Shown here: positions 1 to 8,224 of the stretch, one piece after another | Numbering within the stretch: the first letter of the stretch is position 1 | Layout: the number at the start of each line of letters is the position of its first letter | Source of the DNA: Polyangiales bacterium | GTDB taxonomy: Bacteria > Myxococcota_A > Polyangia > Polyangiales > Polyangiaceae | Reading direction: 5' to 3' | Assembly (NCBI GenBank): GCA_038230375.1 | Contig: JBBRNJ010000044.1 | Location: 9,157 to 73,156, forward strand | DNA length: 64,000 nt | The notes under the pieces: generated by a model | Told to the model about the DNA's origin: nothing | Database searches by the model: none | The model's input: the letters and a program-made list of their open reading frames with translations, nothing else | Translations under genes and position numbers: made by a program

Positions 1-360
1 AACGCGACCGAGGACAAAGCCCCCACGAACACCCCGCCCGCGGATCCCGGTCAGGCCGGCGGAAGCGCCGTCATCGGCGGCAGCACCGCTCCCACCCCAG
101 CTCCCGCTGGCGGCGGCACGACCCCCGCTCCTGCACCCGCTCCTGCTCCTGCGCCCGCGCCCGCTGGTGGCGGCGGCGGCGGGGCACCGAAGGCACCTAC
201 CCAGGCACCCATGTCGATGATCGACGTGCAGCCCTCGCAGCTTCGTCTCGGTGTGCCCGTGCCGGTCGTGAAGAATGCCTTCACCACCCAGGAGCGCGTG
301 AAGTACGGTGCGAACCAGGTGAGCGAGGTCCATGTGGGCGTCCTCAACATCACCTTCTGA
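1..360 (+). CDS. Hypothetical protein, 3' partial (Pro/Ala/Gly-rich linker, C-terminal Phe)
   Basis: Frame 1 open from base 1 (NATEDKAPTNTPPADPG...VHVGVLNITF) to TGA 358-360 with GC-rich codon usage. Confidence 0.75.
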   Translation, partial: NATEDKAPTNTPPADPGQAGGSAVIGGSTAPTPAPAGGGTTPAPAPAPAPAPAPAGGGGGGAPKAPTQAPMSMIDVQPSQLRLGVPVPVVKNAFTTQERVKYGANQVSEVHVGVLNITF

Positions 361-373
361 TCTCGAGGCCCGC

Positions 374-402
374 TCCAGCTGAACTCCAGCTGACTTCCAG
401 CT
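374..402. promoter_or_regulatory. Three TCCAGCT direct repeats with 11-bp period; candidate regulator site
   Basis: TCCAGCT at 374, 385 and 396 in the intergenic region upstream of the kinase. Confidence 0.4.
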
Positions 403-502
403 CGCCTTGAGGTGGGGTTGAGTAGGCCGAGTGGGCGATCGTTTTTTTGCCTACGAACAATGACGTTTTCGGGGGTACGCTGGAAAGCGAGTATCCGAGA
501 CC

Positions 503-2251
503 ATGAACACGACCTCACAACGGACGGGGCAGAAGCCGCAGGATCCCATGCTCGGGCGAGTCGTCGCCGGGCGTTACAGGCTCGAGGCGCGCGCGGGTGA
601 AGGTGGCATGGGCGTCGTCTATCGCGCCCGCCACGTGCTCATCGACCGCGTCGTTGCGCTCAAGCTGATTCGCCCCGACCTGCGCGGCGAGACACACCTG
701 CGCGCATGGATGTTGCGAGAGGCGCGCGCCGCGAACCGCGTCGACCACGCACACATCATCGACATCCACGACATCGGCGAGACGGAAGAGGGCGAGCTCT
801 ATCTCGTCATGGAGTACCTGGTCGGCGTCTCGCTCTCGAGCGAGCTGGCGAAGGGCCCCATGCCTCTGTCGCGCAGCGTCGACATCCTGGAGCAGATGTG
901 CGCCGCTCTGGCGCGCGCGCACGACCTTGGCGTCATCCACCGCGACCTGAAGAGTGACAACATCCTCCTCACCTCGCGCGGCGGCCGCAAGGACTTCGTC
1001 AAGATCCTCGACTTCGGCCTGGCGCACCTCGCGATGGACCCGCGGCTCGCGCCGAAGGGCGCCGTCTTCGGCACGCCCGAGTACATGTCGCCGGAACAAG
1101 CGCGCGGCGAAGAGGCCGGCCCGCCGTCCGATCTCTATGCGCTCGGCGTCCTCTTCTTCGAGATGCTCACGGGGCAGCTCCCCTTCCGCTCGAACGATCG
1201 CGAGACGCTCCTCGAGATGCAGCGCACGGCGCCCGCGCCGAAGCCCACGTCGATCAAGCCGGACGTCCTCCCGACCGCGGAAGGCATCGTCCTCAAGCTG
1301 CTCGAGAAGGAGCGCCGCAAGCGTTACCAGGACGCCCACCACCTCCACGAAGAGCTCAAGGGGCTCCAGCGCGCGCTGCCCAGCACGCCGTGGGAAGCGG
1401 CCGGGCAAGGCGACGCAGCACCGCCGCCGCCGCCGCCGCCGCAGTCCGCAGGCGTGGCGGAGTGGGGCAGCCGTGCGGTGCTCTTCTCGCGCATGGTGAG
1501 TCGCGCCTATCCCGGCGGCAATGCTCCGCCCGAGGTCCAGCAGGCCGTTGCGCAGTCCTGGGACCTCGCGTCGCGCGCATCTCGCCTCGAGGGCGAGGTC
1601 GCAAGTCACACGCGCAAGCTCGAGTCGCTCGAGCGTCGTGGCCGTGCGCTCCGCGCCGAGATCGGCCGCAAGGTAGAGGAGCTCGCGCACGAGGAGTCGC
1701 GCGCGCTTCGTGAGGCCACCGCTGAACACCAGGAGGCCGCGCGTCTGCGCGAGCAGGTGCAGGTGGCAGAGCGCGCAGCAGGCACCGCACGCGCGCAGGC
1801 AGATCAGGCAGCGCAGCAAGGCGGCGCAAACCCGGCGGCGATTCGCCCCGTGTTCGAGCGGTCAGGCGCGGCAGCTGCACTGCTGGAGGCGCGTCGTGAG
1901 CAGCTCGCCGAGCGCGATCAGAAGGCCGCCGTGAAGGACGCACACGCACGCGACCTTCGCCGCCAGATCGACGAGCTCCGCGCGCAGCTCTCACGCTACG
2001 CAGAGGCGCTCGACGAGGACCTCGCGTCCGGCCGCGAGAAGGTCGCTGCGCGCACGCGCGAGGGCCTCGCGTTCGAGAAGGCGTTCAACGAGGCCTCCAC
2101 GCTGCTCATCAATCACCTGAAGACCAAGCCCGAAGCGCGCGATCTGCTCCAGGAGCTCCTCACGTCCACGGGACAGGGTGGAGGAAGCCAGAGCAGCACG
2201 CGCTCGGTCGCAGGGGACTCGCCGGCCAGCCGTGGTCCTGGCCAGCTGTAG
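503..2251 (+). CDS. Hanks-type Ser/Thr protein kinase with long C-terminal coiled coil
   Basis: GEGGMGVVY, VALK, HRDLKSDN, DFG and GTPEYMSPE motifs; Ala/Glu/Arg-rich helical C-terminus, no obvious TM segment. Confidence 0.95.
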   Translation: MNTTSQRTGQKPQDPMLGRVVAGRYRLEARAGEGGMGVVYRARHVLIDRVVALKLIRPDLRGETHLRAWMLREARAANRVDHAHIIDIHDIGETEEGELYLVMEYLVGVSLSSELAKGPMPLSRSVDILEQMCAALARAHDLGVIHRDLKSDNILLTSRGGRKDFVKILDFGLAHLAMDPRLAPKGAVFGTPEYMSPEQARGEEAGPPSDLYALGVLFFEMLTGQLPFRSNDRETLLEMQRTAPAPKPTSIKPDVLPTAEGIVLKLLEKERRKRYQDAHHLHEELKGLQRALPSTPWEAAGQGDAAPPPPPPPQSAGVAEWGSRAVLFSRMVSRAYPGGNAPPEVQQAVAQSWDLASRASRLEGEVASHTRKLESLERRGRALRAEIGRKVEELAHEESRALREATAEHQEAARLREQVQVAERAAGTARAQADQAAQQGGANPAAIRPVFERSGAAAALLEARREQLAERDQKAAVKDAHARDLRRQIDELRAQLSRYAEALDEDLASGREKVAARTREGLAFEKAFNEASTLLINHLKTKPEARDLLQELLTSTGQGGGSQSSTRSVAGDSPASRGPGQL

Positions 2252-2271
2252 AGAGAAGAACGAGGCGACGC

Positions 2272-2787
2272 GTGGTCACCGCGGAGAAGATCGAGCACAT
2301 CATCATGCCGCACGAGGACCTGGTCCTCACACCGGATGAGCGGCACGCGATCCTCGAGCTTGCGTACCTGACGATCGCCTGGGATGGCGCGCTCGTGAAG
2401 TCGGAGCTCGACGCGTTCCGCATTCTTGCCTCGCACCTTCGAGACATGGTGGGCGATCCGGACGTGGGCCCAGACAGCAAGCGGCCCGCGCCACCGGCCG
2501 AGAACCGGAAGCTCACGGAAGGCGAGCTCGCGAAGCTGCTTGCGGAGTTCGCGAGCGGCCTCGAGCGAGAGGCGGCGGACGCCAGACTGCTCACGCTCGC
2601 GCCGCGACTGCAGCGAAAGGTCGCAGCGACGTTCGCCTACGAGTTCGCGTGCGCGCTGTCGCTGATCGACGGCGACGGCGGCGACGCCGAGTTCGAGCTG
2701 GAGCTCCAGCTGGTAGATGCGCTGGGGCTCCCGACCGCCGAGGCCGAGACCCTTGCGATGCGAACGCGCACGCTCATGATCGGCTGA
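2272..2787 (+). CDS. TerB-like (tellurite resistance family) protein
   Basis: Two DG-x4-5-E helical motifs (AWDGALVKSE, LIDGDGGDAE), ending ALGL. Confidence 0.6.
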   Translation: MVTAEKIEHIIMPHEDLVLTPDERHAILELAYLTIAWDGALVKSELDAFRILASHLRDMVGDPDVGPDSKRPAPPAENRKLTEGELAKLLAEFASGLEREAADARLLTLAPRLQRKVAATFAYEFACALSLIDGDGGDAEFELELQLVDALGLPTAEAETLAMRTRTLMIG

Positions 2788-2818
2788 AGCCGTCGCGCTG
2801 CGGGCCCGACGCCTGCGC

Positions 2819-4075
2819 TCACAGGTCGAACAGCGTTGTCGGTGGCGGTGAGAGAACAGCCGCTGGCGCAGAGACGAGTCCGGCCATCCCGCGTGTGCGA
2901 AGCCAGATGCGTCCAACCGCGCCACCACCGCCGCCAGCGTTTGGGCCGGCCTGGTTCGCGTTCGTGGTGGGCGCCGTCATTGCGAATCCACCTGCGCCAC
3001 CTGAGCACGAACCGCACGAGCCCTCGTCTTGCCCGCCGCTGGCCGCCGCGCCTACGGCGGTTCCGTCACTGCCCCCATAGCCGTCACCACTGCCAACGGT
3101 GCTCGGTACGCCGCCGCCGCCACCTCCGCCGCCGCCGTTCGCCGCAAGCGTCGCGCCCATCGCGATCGAGATGCCGGTGATCGCCTCCATGACAATCTCC
3201 CCGCCGGAGCCGCCGCCGCCACCCGCGTATCCGAGACACCCGCCGTGACCGCCGCCGCCGCCCACGTTGATCTTTCCGCTGATCGCGATCCTCGTGAACG
3301 ATGTGATCTGGAACGCACCACCGCCCGCTCCGCCCTGGCTCTTCGGATCGGTGCAACCAGAGCGCGATCCCGTGCCGCCACCGGAGCCAGCGAAGAGCTT
3401 CTTGTAGTCACCATAGGAAACGCCAGCAGCGCCAGGCGCCGCGTTTCCTGCGCCGGTCTGTCCGATCGCGCCGTTCGTCCCGAAGCCTCCGCCACCGCCG
3501 CCACCATCACCATTGCTTCCGCCGGCGCTGCCGTTCTTGCCCGCGCCAGCTCCTGCCCCTGGAAGTGCGCCGCCGGGCCCTGGCGTTGCCTTGCTCGCGC
3601 CCGCGTCGATCACGCCAGCGATGGTGACGTCACCGAGCGAGACGACAACGAGCGGACGCCCGCCGTGCACCTTCACCGTCTGCCCGCCAGGCACGCTCCA
3701 GGAGCGCACGACCATCACGACGTTGCCCGAGCCGTCCACGTAGAGCCAGTCCGTCGTGACGGCCGGGTTCCCGCCACGTGTGATCTGAGGAAGAGCCGCG
3801 CTCGCGCCGCCACCCGTATCGATGTCCGTGGCGTCCCCTAGGTCGACGAGATCCGGCAGGCCATCACGGACCGGATCATTCAGGTGGGTGACGCTGCTCC
3901 CCGCCGATGCGTCAGGGACACCGGTGTCGCCCACGGAGCCATCAGCAACGGACGCGGAGGAGGAGTCACCGCCCGCATCCACGGACGAGATGGATGGTCC
4001 ATTCGAGTCGCTGCCGCCGAAGGCACCGCAGCCGAGCCCAACGAGGGGCATCACCAGCCATGTCCATCCCCGCAT
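2819..4075 (-). CDS. Glycine-rich lipoprotein
   Basis: Signal peptide with lipobox (LGC); repeated GGGGG and GGAGGGA motifs. Confidence 0.85.
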   Translation of the reverse strand: MRGWTWLVMPLVGLGCGAFGGSDSNGPSISSVDAGGDSSSASVADGSVGDTGVPDASAGSSVTHLNDPVRDGLPDLVDLGDATDIDTGGGASAALPQITRGGNPAVTTDWLYVDGSGNVVMVVRSWSVPGGQTVKVHGGRPLVVVSLGDVTIAGVIDAGASKATPGPGGALPGAGAGAGKNGSAGGSNGDGGGGGGGFGTNGAIGQTGAGNAAPGAAGVSYGDYKKLFAGSGGGTGSRSGCTDPKSQGGAGGGAFQITSFTRIAISGKINVGGGGGHGGCLGYAGGGGGSGGEIVMEAITGISIAMGATLAANGGGGGGGGGVPSTVGSGDGYGGSDGTAVGAAASGGQDEGSCGSCSGGAGGFAMTAPTTNANQAGPNAGGGGGAVGRIWLRTRGMAGLVSAPAAVLSPPPTTLFDL

Positions 4076-4139
4076 GCTTCAAGATTAACACATGCAGCGC
4101 GCGGACGCGCATGCTCATCGCTGGCGCCGAAGCAGACCG

Positions 4140-4178
4140 ACGCGACAATATTGTCGCGTGACGCGACAACGTTGTCGC
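4140..4178. promoter_or_regulatory. Tandem palindromic operator-like sites
   Basis: Perfect palindromes ACGCGACAATATTGTCGCGT (4140-4159) and GCGACAACGTTGTCGC (4163-4178); centres 21 bp apart. Confidence 0.55.
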
Positions 4179-4179
4179 A

Positions 4180-4848
4180 TCACTTCTTCATGAGCGCGGC
4201 GAGGGCCTTCTTGGACTTCGCGGCCTTGCTGGACTGCACGAGCACGAGCACGTCAGCATCGGCGTCGTAGAACGCGGAGTCCGTCGACGTGAGTGAGTCG
4301 TTGCGGACCTTCGGCGAACGGAGCTTGGGGCCCGATGAGTCGGGCGTGGTTGCAGGGCGAACGATCTGGACCGACGCATCCTTGAGGACGATCTGCACCA
4401 TCTCGTAGTCGGGGCCCGTGATCACGTTGCTGGACACGACCTTCGACTTCAGCGCCTTCTTCGAAGCGCCGGCGACGGCATCAGCACCGACCGAGGAGAC
4501 CGACTCGCCCTTGATCTTCGCCTTCGAAGCCTTGTGCGCTCCCGACGACGAGACATCGGGCTTGCCAGGCTTGGGGTCGTCAGATGCTGAAGATGCCTCG
4601 GGCGCTGCTGCAACGGTCTCGGGCTTGGAGGATTTTGCGGGCTTCGAATCGGTGCTGGACGAATCGCTCTTGTCGGCGGCGGGCTTCTTGGTGTCCGCGG
4701 TCGGGGCTTCCTTGCCACCGTTGTAGGTGCTCCAGTCGTAGTCCGGCTCCGGCGCAGCTGCAGGCTTCGCAGCCTTGGCGCAACCGAGCCCGCCAAGGCA
4801 GAAGGAGAGCGCTGCGAGCGCGACCAGTTTGTGGAGGAGGGGTTGCAC
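4180..4848 (-). CDS. Lys/Ser/Ala-rich lipoprotein, unknown function
   Basis: LVALAALSFCLGGLGC lipobox; start GTG 4848 chosen by eye, since the longer ORF-track start runs through a non-coding repeat. Confidence 0.75.
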   Translation of the reverse strand: MQPLLHKLVALAALSFCLGGLGCAKAAKPAAAPEPDYDWSTYNGGKEAPTADTKKPAADKSDSSSTDSKPAKSSKPETVAAAPEASSASDDPKPGKPDVSSSGAHKASKAKIKGESVSSVGADAVAGASKKALKSKVVSSNVITGPDYEMVQIVLKDASVQIVRPATTPDSSGPKLRSPKVRNDSLTSTDSAFYDADADVLVLVQSSKAAKSKKALAALMKK

Positions 4849-5007
4849 GACCTCCGTAGTCGCAACTTGCGCGCCAGATGTGGCTCCATGTGGGTACGCA
4901 GAGTTGGGGAGGATTTTTCCAGTTTTGGTGGCAAGCCTGGGGACCTTTTGATCCAAGGGGGTGGATGCCCCACGCCGCAACCCGTCATCAAACGGAGACA
5001 GGTCAAC

Positions 5008-5052
5008 GTCGAGGTCGAGGTCGAAGTCGAAGTCGAGGTCGAGGTCGAGGTC
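5008..5052. repeat. Intergenic hexamer tandem repeat (GTCGAR)x7
   Basis: GTCGAG/GTCGAA units read directly at 5008-5049. Confidence 0.9.
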
Positions 5053-5060
5053 CGTTCGAT

Positions 5061-5099
5061 TCACACGCCGCGCATGCGGTTCCACGCTGGAGCTGATTG
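5061..5099 (-). repeat. Orphan copy of the 3' end of the 5403-5723 gene (direct repeat with 5403-5441)
   Basis: 34/39 identical; perfect 21-bp core CGCATGCGGTTCCACGCTGGA at 5071-5091 and 5413-5433. Confidence 0.9.
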
Positions 5100-5128
5100 G
5101 ACGGACTCTCGATGCCGCCCGTACTGCG

Positions 5129-5413
5129 CTAGTGCGGATTTCCCATCCACTGGTCTTCATCCACGCTGTAGCTGTTGTTGGTCCACACCGCGTGGATCGT
5201 GCAGGTCACGCCAGCCTCGAGCCCTGAACGCGATGGGCTGTGGATGCGAAATGCGAAGTGCTCGCCGGTGAAGTCGCCCGCGATGACCCCCAACACGCGC
5301 GTGTGGACGACCCAATCGAGAAACCTACCGGCGCCACGCACCGGTGAACACTCGACGCGCTCCACTACCGCGCGAAACGTCAGGTCGCCGGGCACGCTGG
5401 GTTCAGGCGCCAC
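5129..5413 (-). CDS. Small hypothetical beta-rich protein between the direct repeats
   Basis: 94-aa ORF with globular-looking composition; start overlaps the end of the upstream gene. Confidence 0.55.
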   Translation of the reverse strand: MAPEPSVPGDLTFRAVVERVECSPVRGAGRFLDWVVHTRVLGVIAGDFTGEHFAFRIHSPSRSGLEAGVTCTIHAVWTNNSYSVDEDQWMGNPH

Positions 5414-5723
5414 GCATGCGGTTCCACGCTGGATCGGATTGCAGCTCCGTCATGGCGCTCTGCACGCGCTCGTTCAGCTTGGCGCCATCCACTCCGCCTG
5501 ACTCGACGAGCATCTGCATGAGCACGAACACGACGGACTGCAGCTTTGCGATCTCGTGTCCTTGATCGCGATCGAGCTCGAGGAGGCGAAGGACCTGCTT
5601 CTCGACCGTTGCGCTGCTGGAGTGCAGCGCGTTGATCTCGTCCGCCGCCTGGTTGATCCGCTTGTTCTCGATGAACGTGGACGGGTTGAAGAGGATCGAT
5701 GCGAGGTTCTTGTTCTTGTCCAT
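5403..5723 (-). CDS. Hypothetical coiled-coil protein
   Basis: MDKNKNLASILFNP...AWNRMRGA; GGAG upstream of ATG. Confidence 0.75.
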   Translation of the reverse strand: MDKNKNLASILFNPSTFIENKRINQAADEINALHSSSATVEKQVLRLLELDRDQGHEIAKLQSVVFVLMQMLVESGGVDGAKLNERVQSAMTELQSDPAWNRMRGA

Positions 5724-5774
5724 GGAGGTCTCCGCGGGCGCTGGCGCCGCGCCATTAACCAATCACGTCCTCCG

Positions 5775-7028
5775 TCACTTGTCGGTGGTGATGTGAGCGG
5801 GAGCCACGAGAGAGGCGCACGAGAGCTCTGCTTCGCTCATGGCGATCTGCTCCACCTTGTAGCCGTCGAACGCACGATACGTGAGGTAGTCACCGCGGAC
5901 GAGCCTTGCCTTCACGAGCCTCCCCGTTGCCGCGTCGCGCATGCCGAGAAACGGAGACGTGCTCGCATCGAGCGCCCACGCGACGGTCTCCTGCTCTCCG
6001 GAGTCGAGCTGCGTCGTGCCTCGAACGTGGACCACGTTGTCGTGGATGGCGACGCGCGAGCCGCGCTCGACGCGGCCGTACGAGTTGTCGGCGAGCAAGA
6101 GCTCGAAGCCACCCGGGTCACGAAGCAACGCCGGGCAATCACCGCTGGGCGTGTGACCGACCACGACACGACGGATCTCCGCCGCGGCGAGCGCAGACAC
6201 GACGTGCTCTGGCGGAAGCATCGGATTGCCGACAGCATCCGTGGGGCGTGCGTAGACGACGCTCTCCTGGTTGGTGCGCGAGTCACTCCTTGGCGCCTGA
6301 TAGGCGATGAGCTCTTGCCAGAGCGGCGTTCCATCTGCCGCGCATGCACCCGTGCAGAATGCATGCATGGACTCTGCATAGAACTCGTTGAGCGCCCGCA
6401 GCCACCCGTCCACGGCGGGGATGCGATCGATGCGGCCCGGGACCACGCCGAGATTCTCTGCGGTGACGCCGCCGTGGACGAAGAGGGTCTCCTCCTCGCG
6501 ATGAGCAAGCACGGCGGCCGAGAGGTAGCTCCGCAACGGCCCATCGGGCGCAAGGTCAGCGAGATAGCTTTGAACGACGTCGTCATCATCGGCAGAGCGG
6601 CCCTCTGCGCAAAGCTCGGTACGCCGATGCTCGAACGCAGCGCGTGCGCCCATGGTGTGCGTCAGGATGAAGCGCAGCAGATCCCCACGGAGCCCACCCG
6701 CGACCTCTGCGGTCACACGCGGCGGCGGGCTCCCATTGAGCTCGCGGACGAGGCGAAGCTTGTTGATGTCGCGGTTTCCCGCGAGCAGCACCACCGACGC
6801 CGGCTGCGCACGCTTCGCGGCCAGCAGCGTGGCGACGATCTTTCTTCCCGCGGGCCCCCGGTCGATCGCATCACCGCCGAACACGAAGAGCGCGTTGTCC
6901 GCGACCCGAAGCGCCGCATCGCCGTGCGCCGCGCCCTCTTCCAGCGTGACGAGAGACGAGCCCGCGCAGAAGTCGACCAGCTTCTCCCAGCGACCTTCGA
7001 CGTCCGTGAGGTACGCGACCCTGCGCAT
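5775..7028 (-). CDS. Calcineurin-like metallophosphoesterase
   Basis: TDVEG, GGDAIDRGP, GNRD, FVHGG and VVGHTP motifs. Confidence 0.85.
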   Translation of the reverse strand: MRRVAYLTDVEGRWEKLVDFCAGSSLVTLEEGAAHGDAALRVADNALFVFGGDAIDRGPAGRKIVATLLAAKRAQPASVVLLAGNRDINKLRLVRELNGSPPPRVTAEVAGGLRGDLLRFILTHTMGARAAFEHRRTELCAEGRSADDDDVVQSYLADLAPDGPLRSYLSAAVLAHREEETLFVHGGVTAENLGVVPGRIDRIPAVDGWLRALNEFYAESMHAFCTGACAADGTPLWQELIAYQAPRSDSRTNQESVVYARPTDAVGNPMLPPEHVVSALAAAEIRRVVVGHTPSGDCPALLRDPGGFELLLADNSYGRVERGSRVAIHDNVVHVRGTTQLDSGEQETVAWALDASTSPFLGMRDAATGRLVKARLVRGDYLTYRAFDGYKVEQIAMSEAELSCASLVAPAHITTDK

Positions 7029-7086
7029 CGAGGAGATCCTATCCTCGTTTCGCGCTCCGGACGGTCTCGAGGACCACTCGGTGTTT

Positions 7087-7533
7087 TCAGGCGTGGCGCA
7101 GCAGCTCCACCGCGAACGTGACGAACGCGCCCCAGCCCACGGTGAAGAGCACCGTACGTATGCGACCGGCTGACACGCCACCGATGTGGACCAAGGCGTG
7201 GGCCAGCCGCACGAAGAAGTACGTCGCCGCCGCGTACGCGGTGATCGGCGTGGAGACTCCCACGGCCTGCGCGATGAGCACGACGGTCGCGAACGGCACC
7301 AGGTTCTCCACTGCGTTCACGTGCGCGCGGTTCGCTCGGTTCACCCATGCAGGGAGCGGCACGGTTGGCGCCACCACGTAGTCGTCTGGCTTGAGCGCGC
7401 CTCGCGACCGGGCGTAGCCGATGACGACCGGGATCCAGAGGCAGCCCGTGAGAAGCGCAGTCCACGCGAGATAGTGCAGCTCGGGTTTCAAGACTTCATG
7501 CACCGGGCCTCTCGGCCACGATGTCCTTTCCAT
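7087..7533 (-). CDS. MAPEG family membrane protein
   Basis: RANRAHVNAVENL and RLAH motifs, about four hydrophobic segments; start uncertain (7491 or 7533). Confidence 0.8.
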   Translation of the reverse strand: MERTSWPRGPVHEVLKPELHYLAWTALLTGCLWIPVVIGYARSRGALKPDDYVVAPTVPLPAWVNRANRAHVNAVENLVPFATVVLIAQAVGVSTPITAYAAATYFFVRLAHALVHIGGVSAGRIRTVLFTVGWGAFVTFAVELLRHA

Positions 7534-7586
7534 GAAGACGACCGGCGACACCGAAAGGATGCGCGCGCGCTGCCGACAGGCGAAAA

Positions 7587-8195
7587 TCAGGTCCCGGTGT
7601 AGCTGATCTCCTTCGACGAGCCTTCCGCGTTGAAGGTCCCGACCGCCGTGCCGGGGCCTGTCTTCGCGGGCGCCATGGTCCCGCCGGTGACCGTGAATGA
7701 CATGGTGCCGGTCGTCAATCCTTGCGCAGGCGGCGTGACGGAGTCCAGATGGATGGTCCCGCCGGTCGCTCTCCACGTCTTGCTGACCGAGCCGCACGTC
7801 TCGCTGTAGGTGAGGTAGCCCTTGCCGTCCGGCACGGGCGCGTCGGCCACGAACGGAAACGAAGCGCCAGCCATGGGGACACCCACGAAGGCGACGTTGA
7901 GGATGGAGGAGCACGAGTCGAAGTAGATGTTTGCAGTGAATGAGCACGACTTGCTGGCGCCGCTACCAGACGCCATGCAGAACGAGCCGAGCACCGGCCC
8001 CACCTGGAACTGCGTGCGCATGGTGTTGGCGCCGGTGTTGCCGCTGAACGTGAAGTCCATGCCGCCGTTGGTGCTGACCCCTCCGTCGGCGGCTTGTGCG
8101 GGCCCCGCGTCCTTGTCGTTGCCACCATTGGTATTGCTGCACGCGCCAAGAAAAAGGGCGAACAGGGCGACGGTCCGAAGCGAGCGCAGGTTCAT
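7587..8195 (-). CDS. Lipoprotein, unknown function
   Basis: LFLGAC lipobox; beta-rich body with several Cys. Confidence 0.8.
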   Translation of the reverse strand: MNLRSLRTVALFALFLGACSNTNGGNDKDAGPAQAADGGVSTNGGMDFTFSGNTGANTMRTQFQVGPVLGSFCMASGSGASKSCSFTANIYFDSCSSILNVAFVGVPMAGASFPFVADAPVPDGKGYLTYSETCGSVSKTWRATGGTIHLDSVTPPAQGLTTGTMSFTVTGGTMAPAKTGPGTAVGTFNAEGSSKEISYTGT

Positions 8196-8224
8196 GAGCG
8201 AAATAGTACCATCGCGCGACCGGC

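Noticed and set aside
4849..5160. N-terminal extension of ORF 4180-5160 (DLDLDLDFDF)
   Set aside because: It is a translation of the non-coding hexamer repeat; the lipoprotein signal begins near 4848
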